The notes under the pieces are model-generated. The model did no database searches and was not told the DNA's origin. It saw nothing but the letters and a program-made list of their open reading frames with translations. Shown here one piece after another: positions 48,933-57,338 of a DNA stretch of 64,000 bases; the first letter of the stretch is position 1, and each line of letters opens with the position of its first letter. The position numbers and the translations under genes were made by a program. Source of the stretch: Candidatus Omnitrophota bacterium (GTDB lineage Bacteria; CAIJMQ01). The stretch lies in NCBI GenBank assembly GCA_018812925.1, contig JAHJCU010000005.1, positions 70,957 to 134,956 of the forward strand. The letters are read 5' to 3'.

Positions 48933-49826
48933 ATGACAGAATTTGCGATTGAGACAAAAAATCTAACGAAAAAATATACTCTCCACAAAGAAGCAGTTAA
49001 GAATATTTCTTTAAAAGTCCCCAAGGGTTCCGTGTATGTATTTTTAGGAAGGAACGGCGCCGGGAAAACTACTACTATCAGAATGCTTTTGGGATTACTG
49101 CAAAAAACATCTGGCGAAATTGAAGTGTTAGGATATGACCCCGATAAGGAACCAGTTGCTATTAAGAGAAAAGTTGGCTACGTTGCGGATAACCAAAAGA
49201 TGTATGATTGGATGAGTATCGGGGAAATTATTAACTTCACTCGTTCTTTTTATCCTGATTGGGATGACGAACTTGAGAGAAACCTTCTTGAGCAATTTGA
49301 ATTATATCCAAAGATGAAATTAAAAGACCTTTCAAGAGGGATGTACAGCAAAGTTGCGCTTCTGCTTGCTCTTTCACATCAACCGGAACTTTTAATTCTT
49401 GATGACCCAACATCAGGTTTAGACCCGGTTGTAAGAAGACAATTCCTGCAGGGAATAATTGAAGTAATACATCAGCAGGAACGCACCGTATTTTTCTCCA
49501 CGCATATCGTTACCGAAGTAGAACAAGTTGCCGATTGGGTGGGAATTATTAACGATGGGGAACTTATTCTTTCTCAACCTATGGAAGAATTGAAGAATTC
49601 GGTTAAGAAGATTCGACTTATATTTGAAGATAAAGTACCGAAATCTGTCGTATTTCCCAACATCTTAAAGAAAGAAACAAGCGGGCACGAAATGATTTTT
49701 ACAGTCAAGGATTTTGGTCCTGAAACGCTAAAGTCATTTACGAAATTTAATCCCAAAAACACTGAAGTTCTTGATTTAAACTTAGAAGAAATTTTTATTG
49801 CATTGGTCGGGAAGAACAAAAATTAA
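48933..49826 (+). CDS. ABC transporter ATP-binding protein (YtrB-like)
   Basis: GRNGAGKTT, LSRGM, LDDPTSGLDP. Confidence 0.93.
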   Translation: MTEFAIETKNLTKKYTLHKEAVKNISLKVPKGSVYVFLGRNGAGKTTTIRMLLGLLQKTSGEIEVLGYDPDKEPVAIKRKVGYVADNQKMYDWMSIGEIINFTRSFYPDWDDELERNLLEQFELYPKMKLKDLSRGMYSKVALLLALSHQPELLILDDPTSGLDPVVRRQFLQGIIEVIHQQERTVFFSTHIVTEVEQVADWVGIINDGELILSQPMEELKNSVKKIRLIFEDKVPKSVVFPNILKKETSGHEMIFTVKDFGPETLKSFTKFNPKNTEVLDLNLEEIFIALVGKNKN

Positions 49827-49847
49827 TTTCCTGTCTTTTTCTATCTA

Positions 49848-50375
49848 TTATCTGCTTTCTGTCTTCCCCGCCTGCCAGTCTTTGGCGGGCAGGTGTTCTC
49901 TGTCGACAAGGCTTACAATAGAAATGCAGGCAATACCTTCGCCGTTACCTAAAGCGCCTAAGCCTTCGGGCGAAGTGGCTTTTATGTTGATTTTGTTTCC
50001 GGGAATTTTAATGATTGAGTTGAGGCTTTCTTTTATTTGTTCTCTGTAAGGGGAGACTTTGGGCTCTTGAACTATAATTGTCACATCTAAATTATTCACC
50101 GCAAGATTTTTCTTTTTCATTATTTCCAATACTTTCTCCAACAGTTTTAAAGAAAAGATATCTTTATATTCGGGGTCAGTGTCGGGAAAGTGTTCTCCTA
50201 TATCTTTCTCGCCCATAGCGCCTAAAATGGCATCGCAGATGCAGTGAGTAACCACATCGGCGTCGGAATGCCCCAACAATCCTTTTGAATTCGGTATTTG
50301 AATACCGCCGAGGATAAGTTTGCGTCCTTTTTGCAACTTATGAATATCGTAACCTAGCCCTATTAACATAGTCAT
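49848..50375 (-). CDS. ispF: 2-C-methyl-D-erythritol 2,4-cyclodiphosphate synthase
   Basis: GYDIH, GHSDADV, DIGEHFPDTD, NIKAT; C-terminal tail from family B module. Confidence 0.95.
   Translation of the reverse strand: MTMLIGLGYDIHKLQKGRKLILGGIQIPNSKGLLGHSDADVVTHCICDAILGAMGEKDIGEHFPDTDPEYKDIFSLKLLEKVLEIMKKKNLAVNNLDVTIIVQEPKVSPYREQIKESLNSIIKIPGNKINIKATSPEGLGALGNGEGIACISIVSLVDREHLPAKDWQAGKTESR
49867..49893 (-). repeat. Family B module (27 nt) in the ispF 3' end
   Basis: Minus strand ACA|CCTGCCCGCCAAAGACTGGCAGGCGGG|GAAG in an ACAGA scaffold. Confidence 0.9.
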
Positions 50376-50380
50376 AATAA

Positions 50381-50559
50381 AATTAAATATCAAAAATCAA
50401 ATATTAAATATACATATAGAAATTTAAAAAGATAAAGCAAGCCAAATAAAATTTTATTAGTTGTCTTTTTTAATATTAAGCATCCCGTATCAAGAATCTT
50501 GTTTTTTATTTTGAATTTTAATATGTCATTTTGCATTTTACATTTTGATTTTTGCATTT
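50381..50559. repeat. AT-rich 7-nt-periodic IR between ispD and ispF
   Basis: AAATATC/AAAAATC left arm, ATTTTGC/ATTTTGA right arm. Confidence 0.7.
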
Positions 50560-50561
50560 GT

Positions 50562-51368
50562 TCACCAGTTCCCTATTTCAAAGATAGCTTCGGCAAGAAT
50601 TAAATCTTCCGGAGTTGTTATTTTTACATTGAAGGAGCTTCCTTCCACTATTTTTACAGGATGAGGCAGTCTTTCAACAACGCCCGCATCGTCCGTGGCT
50701 TGGAACCCCTCTTCTGCTGCCTTTTTATATGCTTTCATTATCAAAGAATATCGAAAAATCTGAGGTGTTTGCACAAGCCATAACCCTTTTCGGTCCTGTG
50801 TAGATTTAACCTCGTTTTTTTCGTTTACATTTTTCAATGTATCTCTAACGGGTATAGCGCATATAACCGCACCGAATTTTCCTATATGTTTGATTATATT
50901 ATTAAAGACAGAAGCCGTTATAAAGGGCCTAACTCCGTCATGGATTGCAACTATTTGTGTTTTTTTATCCAAACTTTGCAGTCCGTTTACAACCGATTCG
51001 CTGCGTGTTTCGCCTCCGGCTATTATTTTCTCTACTTTTTTTATATTGAACTTATCAATTATTTTCTCCTTGCACCAGTCAATTCTGTCTTCACTAACTA
51101 CTAAAGTTATGGAATCAACTGCTGGAATTTTGGATAAATTGATTAATGTGTGAGCCAAAATTGGCTTGCCTTCTAGGGGCAAATATTGCTTGGGCAGGGA
51201 ATGGTTCATTCTTGTGCCTTTTCCGGCTGCCGCGATAATCACCGAGATTTTGTCTTTATCCCGTAAGAATTTCTCGTTTGATGACGGCGGGGAACTCATA
51301 ACTTCCGAATCTTTTAACTTTTTCACCCCTCTGTTATTGGAGGGAAAATTCCAACGGGATTTATCCAT
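50562..51368 (-). CDS. ispD: 2-C-methyl-D-erythritol 4-phosphate cytidylyltransferase with N-terminal extension
   Basis: AAAGKGTRM, PKQY, GGETRSESV, HDGVRP, QTPQ, TDD, KITTPEDL; start uncertain. Confidence 0.93.
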   Translation of the reverse strand: MDKSRWNFPSNNRGVKKLKDSEVMSSPPSSNEKFLRDKDKISVIIAAAGKGTRMNHSLPKQYLPLEGKPILAHTLINLSKIPAVDSITLVVSEDRIDWCKEKIIDKFNIKKVEKIIAGGETRSESVVNGLQSLDKKTQIVAIHDGVRPFITASVFNNIIKHIGKFGAVICAIPVRDTLKNVNEKNEVKSTQDRKGLWLVQTPQIFRYSLIMKAYKKAAEEGFQATDDAGVVERLPHPVKIVEGSSFNVKITTPEDLILAEAIFEIGNW

Positions 51369-51993
51369 TTTCCATTCTTTCCTTTACTTTCATAAGACGA
51401 ATAAAATTTTCTCTTTCTATTTCGGATAACCTGAAAGAAATATAAGAAATAGTTTCTTTTATATCGGGTATCATTTTATATTCCAAAGCGTTAACTTTCC
51501 TTCGCGTTTTTTTTATTTCTTCACCGATTAATAGAATCGCCTTTTCTACTGAAGCCAATTCCAGCATTTTAGGAGTTATGTCCTCTAAGATTCTCAAACA
51601 CGAATCAAGTTCTCCCGTAGTGTTGCTTACACCGTATTGCATTAAATTCAATTTAGAGTGAGCCCCTTTTTTGATACGCAAAAAAGGCAGTCGCAGATTA
51701 AATATCGCTTGTTCTTCTTTTTCAATTTCTAAAATATCGGTGCGATTAATTAGAGCTTCACCTATATCGTTTAATTGGACTTGTCCTCTTGCCAATATAT
51801 AGAAAGAGAGTAGCTTAAGCCAATTTTCTTCAACTTCATCTCTTAATGTATCTCCATTTTTTGCAAAACTCAAGAATTTGCCGACAAGTTCATCTAATTT
51901 ATCTCTAAGAAGTTTGCAACCGCGTCGAGCCAAATCCAATCTTTTGCGCAGCAGCAAAAGCTCCATTCTTGTGGCGGAAACATTAAGTTTCAT
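51361..51993 (-). CDS. V/A-type ATP synthase subunit D (orphan)
   Basis: ATRMELL..LARRG.KLLRDK, EIKKTRRKVNALE. Confidence 0.88.
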   Translation of the reverse strand: MKLNVSATRMELLLLRKRLDLARRGCKLLRDKLDELVGKFLSFAKNGDTLRDEVEENWLKLLSFYILARGQVQLNDIGEALINRTDILEIEKEEQAIFNLRLPFLRIKKGAHSKLNLMQYGVSNTTGELDSCLRILEDITPKMLELASVEKAILLIGEEIKKTRRKVNALEYKMIPDIKETISYISFRLSEIERENFIRLMKVKERMENG

Positions 51994-52003
51994 ATTTTTA
52001 TTT

Positions 52004-52051
52004 GAGATTCCAGATTTAAAATTAAAAATTCGAGAATCTTTAATCTTCAAT
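52004..52051. repeat. AAGATTC-type heptamer scaffold without family A module (empty site)
   Basis: GAGATTCCAGATTTAAAATT|AAAAATTCGAGAATCTTTAATCTTCAAT matches the flanks of 35553-35615. Confidence 0.75.
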
Positions 52052-52059
52052 ATAGTATT

Positions 52060-53385
52060 TTATTTTTCAAAAACATTAACAAAAAATCCCGTAGGAACTT
52101 TTGGATAAAAATATGTGGCTTTACCGGGCATCCTTTCTTGCCGATTTGCTACGAGTTTTACTTCTTCCACCTTTGTAGGATTTAGGAGAAATGCTATCTG
52201 ATAAGTGCCGTTTTTAACTAAATCTATGGCCTTATATCTATCAACTTCATAGGCAAGACGCAAAGTATCTTGAAGTTCCTTTTCTTCATATCCCAAGATG
52301 TGGGAAAATATTAAAGAATGTAATACTGACACGTCTAAATGCTTCCACGCAGGAGAATGCTGCTGCATTTTGCCTAATAGTTTCTTTTCATTTTTGGATA
52401 CGAAGAGCAATGTTTTGATTGCGCCGTTATCGTTATGTACTACGCCGAAAGCGTGTCGGCTATGCCCTTCTTCTCGGATAAGTTTAAAGCTTTTATCTAT
52501 ATCGTTTAGGGGAAGTTCTTTTATAAAGAAAAAGTCACAAGCTTTATTGTTAAGTTTTTTCCAATCATCTAGGCTAAAATCTTTTAATAGTCGATGGGCA
52601 GGAAAAATCTTTAAACTATCATCCTCCATAGGAGAAATATAGGCCAAAATCCATCTATTGTAATCCTTCTTATTTTCTTTCCAAAATTTCAGAGCCGTTT
52701 CATATCTATGGTGACCGTCTGCGATGTATAATGTTTTTTGCTTTATTATTTCCTTAATTTTATCATTGGTTTGAAGATTGGAAATTCTCCATAGGGTATG
52801 TTTTTTGCCCAAAGGATGAGGGAATCCTTTGGGAATATATTTAGAGTTTTTTCTTTCCAACGGAACAAAATCGGCAAAAGTAGACTCTTCTTTGTTTTGT
52901 TCAAGCGATTTCATTACTTCATTGTTTTCATCCGAATAGATTAAGAATATCGGCGAAAGGTTGGTGCGTGTGGCGTTTAAAAGCTTGAATCTATCTTCTT
53001 TTGGAGAAGAAAGTGTATTTTCATGCGGCAGAATTTTCCCGTCCGCGAAATCCTCAAGTCGTACAAGAGCAAAAAATCCTTTTCTTAATAAATTCTCATT
53101 ATTAGCCAGAAAATGCTGGTGATACAGGTAGAAAGAAGATTTATCTCCTTTCATAAAAATCCCATCTCTTAACCATTCATTTAGCATAGAAGCAGAGTGT
53201 TGGTATTTATCCTGATTTGTGGTTTCTTTTGGAAGAATGAGGTTGATAATATTATGCTTTCTTGCATAATATTCCTCTCTTTCCTCAATAGGAATAACAT
53301 CGTACGGAGGCGCAATAACTTGCGAAAGACTTTTTATCTTATTGGGATTATAAAAATATCCGTTAAAAGGTTTTATTTCAGCCAT
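52060..53385 (-). CDS. DUF1015-family protein
   Basis: APPYDVI, PHENT, YIADGHHRYETA, MPGKATYFYPK; hairpin at 52808-52833. Confidence 0.9.
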   Translation of the reverse strand: MAEIKPFNGYFYNPNKIKSLSQVIAPPYDVIPIEEREEYYARKHNIINLILPKETTNQDKYQHSASMLNEWLRDGIFMKGDKSSFYLYHQHFLANNENLLRKGFFALVRLEDFADGKILPHENTLSSPKEDRFKLLNATRTNLSPIFLIYSDENNEVMKSLEQNKEESTFADFVPLERKNSKYIPKGFPHPLGKKHTLWRISNLQTNDKIKEIIKQKTLYIADGHHRYETALKFWKENKKDYNRWILAYISPMEDDSLKIFPAHRLLKDFSLDDWKKLNNKACDFFFIKELPLNDIDKSFKLIREEGHSRHAFGVVHNDNGAIKTLLFVSKNEKKLLGKMQQHSPAWKHLDVSVLHSLIFSHILGYEEKELQDTLRLAYEVDRYKAIDLVKNGTYQIAFLLNPTKVEEVKLVANRQERMPGKATYFYPKVPTGFFVNVFEK

Positions 53386-53411
53386 TTTTAAAAGTGATAA
53401 ATCTGAAAAGG

Positions 53412-54689
53412 TTATGTTTTTTCAATTTTCGTTTTTCCGTTCATATAAGGACGCAGGACTTCAGGAATAAGAATTGAGCCGTCCTCTTGCTGGTAGTTTT
53501 CTAATATTGCGATAACTGTTCTTGCCAAGGCCACGCCTGAGCCGTTTAATGTATGTAAATATATCGGCTTTCCGCCGCCTTTAGGTTTATACTTTGCGCT
53601 TATTCTCTGCGCCTGAAAATTCGTGCAGTTTGAGCATGAAGATACTTCTAAATATCTTTCTAATCCGCTTGCCCAAAGTTCGATATCGTAACATTTTGAG
53701 GCGGAAAATCCCATGTCGCCGGTGCAGAGTAAAATTATGCGATAAGGCAATTTTAATTTTTGAAGAATATCCTCGGCGTTTTTCAACATTGATTCAAGTT
53801 CGTCAAAAGAATTTTCCGGTTTTACAAATTTTACCATCTCTACTTTATCGAATTGATGAACCCTGATAAGTCCTTTCGTGTCCTTACCGTAAGAACCCGC
53901 TTCTCTCCTGAAACAGGGAGTGTAGCCGGTATAATATATCGGCAAATCTTCTTCTGGGAATGTCTCGCCCGCATGCAGATTAGTTAATGGAACTTCTGCC
54001 GTGGGAATGAGAAAATAATCCTCTTTCTCAATATGATACATATCTTCTTCCAATTTCGGCAGTTGTCCCGTGCCTGTCATGGTAGCGCGGTTAGCCAGAA
54101 ACGGCGGCGATATTTCGGTATATTTATGTTCTTTTGTATGAACATCCAGCATAAAGTTGATTAAAGCTCGTTCCAATAAAGCACCCATACCTTTGTATAA
54201 AGGGAAATTGCTGCCGACAATTTTCAGAGCTCTCTCAAAATCGATAATATCCAAATCTTTTGCCAACTGCAGATGGTCTTTGGGCGAAAAATTAAACTTA
54301 GGAATTGTTCCCCACTGGCGAATCACTTTGTTGTCTTTAGCGTCTTTGCCGACTGGAACCGAAGAATGAGGGATATTAGGAATAGTTAGTAAAACGGGAT
54401 TAACCTTATCTTCTATCTCTTTGACTTGTTTATCAAGTCCTTTTATTTGTTCCGAGACATCTCTCATCTCATCTTTTAATTTTTCGGCGTCTTTGCCCTC
54501 TTTAATCAACTTGCCGATATCATCCGATTGAGTATTTCGTTGATGTTTAAGAGTTTCTACTTCGCTAAGCAGTTTTCTTCTTTCTTCGTCGGATTTAAGC
54601 AATTCATCTATATTTACTTTCATGCCTCTATCCCTCATCGCTTTTTTTACTACTTCAGCGTTACTTCTTATATATTCCAGTTTTAACAT
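53412..54689 (-). CDS. serS: Serine--tRNA ligase
   Basis: [37 protein letters not shown]. Confidence 0.98.
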   Translation of the reverse strand: MLKLEYIRSNAEVVKKAMRDRGMKVNIDELLKSDEERRKLLSEVETLKHQRNTQSDDIGKLIKEGKDAEKLKDEMRDVSEQIKGLDKQVKEIEDKVNPVLLTIPNIPHSSVPVGKDAKDNKVIRQWGTIPKFNFSPKDHLQLAKDLDIIDFERALKIVGSNFPLYKGMGALLERALINFMLDVHTKEHKYTEISPPFLANRATMTGTGQLPKLEEDMYHIEKEDYFLIPTAEVPLTNLHAGETFPEEDLPIYYTGYTPCFRREAGSYGKDTKGLIRVHQFDKVEMVKFVKPENSFDELESMLKNAEDILQKLKLPYRIILLCTGDMGFSASKCYDIELWASGLERYLEVSSCSNCTNFQAQRISAKYKPKGGGKPIYLHTLNGSGVALARTVIAILENYQQEDGSILIPEVLRPYMNGKTKIEKT

Positions 54690-54720
54690 AATTTACCTCA
54701 TCGGCACTTTTTAAAAAAGT

Positions 54721-56166
54721 TCAGCCCTTTATCACACCCAAAGGTTTCATTTTTGCTACTTTTTGCGATATCCCTGCCTTATGAACTATATCCACAACCA
54801 TATTTATATCTTTATACGCTTCAGACATTTCTTCTGCAAGTGTGTTTTTGTTCCTAGCCCTTACTGTAATGCCTTTTTCTTCCATTTCCCTAAAAATCGA
54901 CCTGCCTTCGGCAATCTTTATAGCCTTATGCCTGCTCATAGTTCTTCCAGCTCCGTGACAAGTACTGCCCCATGTTTCTTCAAAGGCTTTTTGTGTACCG
55001 GCAAGTAAATAAGACGCTCTTCCCATATCACCCGGAATTATAACAGGTTGGCCTATACTTTTATATTTTAATGGGATATCAGGATGATTCGGCGGAAAAG
55101 CTCTTGTTGCGCCTTTGCGATGGACGCAAAGAAGAGTTTCTTTCCCATTGACCTTATGTTTTTCTAACTTGGCAATATTATGCGCTACATCGTATATCAG
55201 TTCCATACCCAAATCCTGCCACTTCTTGCCGAAAAATTTTCCAAAGGTTTCTCTTACAAGATGCATAAGTATCTGCCTATTGCACCACGCATAATTAGCC
55301 GCAGATGCCATAGCTGAAAAATAATCTTTTCCCTCGGGTGAATCTATGGGCACGCTTACGAGTTGTCTGTCGGGGAGTTTAATTCCGTATTTAGATACTA
55401 CTTTTTGCATAATTCTCAAACTATCGTCGCATATCTGATGACCCAGTCCTCTTGAGCCGGAATGGATCATAATCGTAATTTGGTCTTTTTCTATCCCGAA
55501 AACTTTTGCTTTTTGTTCATCATATATTTCATCAATCTTTTGTATTTCCAGAAAATGATTGCCTGAACCTAACGTGCCGCTTTGATTTTTGCCTCTTTCA
55601 TAAGCCCTGGGGCTCACTTTATCCGGATTAGCGCTCTGCAAACATCCACCTTCCTCTGTATTTATTATGTCATCTTCTACGCCATAACCTTGTTTTACTG
55701 CCCATTTTGAACCATCTTTTAGAAGTTCTTTTTCCTGTTGAGGCGAAACTTTTATTTTGCCGCCTATGCCTACGCCGCAGGGAATATTAGTAAAAAGAGC
55801 ATCCATTAAGGCAGGAATTTTATTTTTTATATCTTCTGTTTTTAGATTGGTCTTGAGTAAACGAATCCCACAGTTAATGTCGTAGCCTACACCGCCGGGC
55901 GAAATAACTCCGCCTTGTTCTGGGTCTGTTGCCGCAACACCGCCGATAGCAAAACCATAACCCCAATGTGCATCAGGCATAGCGAACGAATGCTTAACGA
56001 TTCCCGGAAGACATGCTACATTTGCAACTTGTTTCATTACTTGTTCTTTTTCAAGAGACTGCATCATTTTTTCATTGGAATAGATAATTCCCGAAACGCG
56101 CATTCCTTCGACATATCCTTTGGGTATTTCCCATCTATAATCGTCAATTTTCTTAAGATTTGCCAT
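54721..56166 (-). CDS. rtcB: RNA-splicing/repair ligase RtcB (archaeal/eukaryote-like clade)
   Basis: MPDAHWGYGF, GYDINCG, GSGNHFLE, HSGSRG, HN, HRKGATR, HGAGR. Confidence 0.96.
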   Translation of the reverse strand: MANLKKIDDYRWEIPKGYVEGMRVSGIIYSNEKMMQSLEKEQVMKQVANVACLPGIVKHSFAMPDAHWGYGFAIGGVAATDPEQGGVISPGGVGYDINCGIRLLKTNLKTEDIKNKIPALMDALFTNIPCGVGIGGKIKVSPQQEKELLKDGSKWAVKQGYGVEDDIINTEEGGCLQSANPDKVSPRAYERGKNQSGTLGSGNHFLEIQKIDEIYDEQKAKVFGIEKDQITIMIHSGSRGLGHQICDDSLRIMQKVVSKYGIKLPDRQLVSVPIDSPEGKDYFSAMASAANYAWCNRQILMHLVRETFGKFFGKKWQDLGMELIYDVAHNIAKLEKHKVNGKETLLCVHRKGATRAFPPNHPDIPLKYKSIGQPVIIPGDMGRASYLLAGTQKAFEETWGSTCHGAGRTMSRHKAIKIAEGRSIFREMEEKGITVRARNKNTLAEEMSEAYKDINMVVDIVHKAGISQKVAKMKPLGVIKG

Positions 56167-56301
56167 ATTTTTATTGAGATTTTAGGGATATTATATCAGA
56201 CCCACCTGTTCACGAAAAGAAGAGGGGAATTGAGAAATGCCTTGATATCTATCTATTAAACTTTCTTATCTTGTTTTAAAACTCTGTAAAAACAATTTTT
56301 A

Positions 56302-56853
56302 TTATTTCAAAAAATTATTGAATTTTTTTAATAATCCTTTTTGATCGTCCATCTTACTAAACTCTAAAAGCCATTTCCCAATATATTTAAAATCGATTTT
56401 ATTTTTGTTCTTGGTTAATATATTTTTCACATCTTCTTCGTCAATGGCTCTGCCCGCAAACATTTTGTGAATAATAACATCTTCGCAAGAAGCGAATTTT
56501 ACCGGATAGCCATCAATTAAAACTTTCTTTGCTTTTTCTATGGCCTGTTTCTCATACGGCATAAAAGAGAAAATAAAATCTATTCTTATTTTTAGTTTGC
56601 TTTCTTCAACGGGCAAGACATTAGTGCTTTTTGCAAAACCTTCGGGATTTTTAGGGAGAAGCTCGAAGTTTAATTTCTTGCACAGGTTTTTAATTGAAAG
56701 AAATTTATCTACATCAATACCTAAAGTTATATCTATATCCCGTGTTAAGCGAGGTGTTCCGTATAGTAAAACGGCTTGACCGCCGATAATCATATAAGGG
56801 ATTTTTTCTTTATCTAACTGCTGTGCCGTTTTTCTTATTAATTTTTCAAACAT
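56302..56853 (-). CDS. Nucleotidyltransferase-fold protein (DUF6036/AbiEii-like)
   Basis: YMIIGGQAV..G.PRLTRDIDI, EDVIIHK..AGR..DEED. Confidence 0.8.
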   Translation of the reverse strand: MFEKLIRKTAQQLDKEKIPYMIIGGQAVLLYGTPRLTRDIDITLGIDVDKFLSIKNLCKKLNFELLPKNPEGFAKSTNVLPVEESKLKIRIDFIFSFMPYEKQAIEKAKKVLIDGYPVKFASCEDVIIHKMFAGRAIDEEDVKNILTKNKNKIDFKYIGKWLLEFSKMDDQKGLLKKFNNFLK

Positions 56854-56860
56854 TTAACTT

Positions 56861-57082
56861 TTATTTGGAAATCTTAGAGGTATTTCTGCGGGGGTTTAAT
56901 GCTCTGGCAATTCTCAAATCAGTTTCTATACCATCTAATATATTCTTGGAATTGATAATGTTTAAAGAAACCGCTTCTTTGTGAAGGGCTTCATATATAG
57001 ACAAAGCTTTTTTGTAGGAAAGATTTTCGTTTTTGATGAGTTGTTTGTTGAATTTGTTTAATTTAATTGTATTTTTTATCAT
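56861..57082 (-). CDS. Small hypothetical protein, probable partner of the nucleotidyltransferase
   Basis: 73 aa, 7 nt upstream of the NTase on the same strand. Confidence 0.65.
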   Translation of the reverse strand: MIKNTIKLNKFNKQLIKNENLSYKKALSIYEALHKEAVSLNIINSKNILDGIETDLRIARALNPRRNTSKISK

Positions 57083-57192
57083 CTTTTTTGTTTAATACAT
57101 CTTATATAAACCTCTTGTTTGTGTCAAACGGCATATGTTAAAAAGATGCTTTAAAAACCGCTTGAATTTTGATATAATTTATCAAAAGAATC

Positions 57193-57317
57193 AATGACCA
57201 AGATACAAGAAACAATAACCAAACAATATCCAAATTCCAAATTCAAATAACCAAACTATTTGTTTCTCTGAGTACTTGCTTTTGTTTAGTTATTTGGTGA
57301 TTAATATTTTTAATTTT
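57193..57317. repeat. 7-nt-periodic IR upstream of gyrA (AATAACC / TTATTTG type); boundaries approximate
   Basis: Read directly. Confidence 0.65.
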
Positions 57318-57338
57318 AAATAGGAGGACTAAAAGAAA

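Noticed and set aside
54721..56166. Idea that RtcB/archease splice the hairpin modules out of mRNAs
   Set aside because: Coding inserts preserve frame, which suggests they are translated; no bulge-helix-bulge motif or splicing endonuclease was recognised. RT-PCR across pyrK would settle it.
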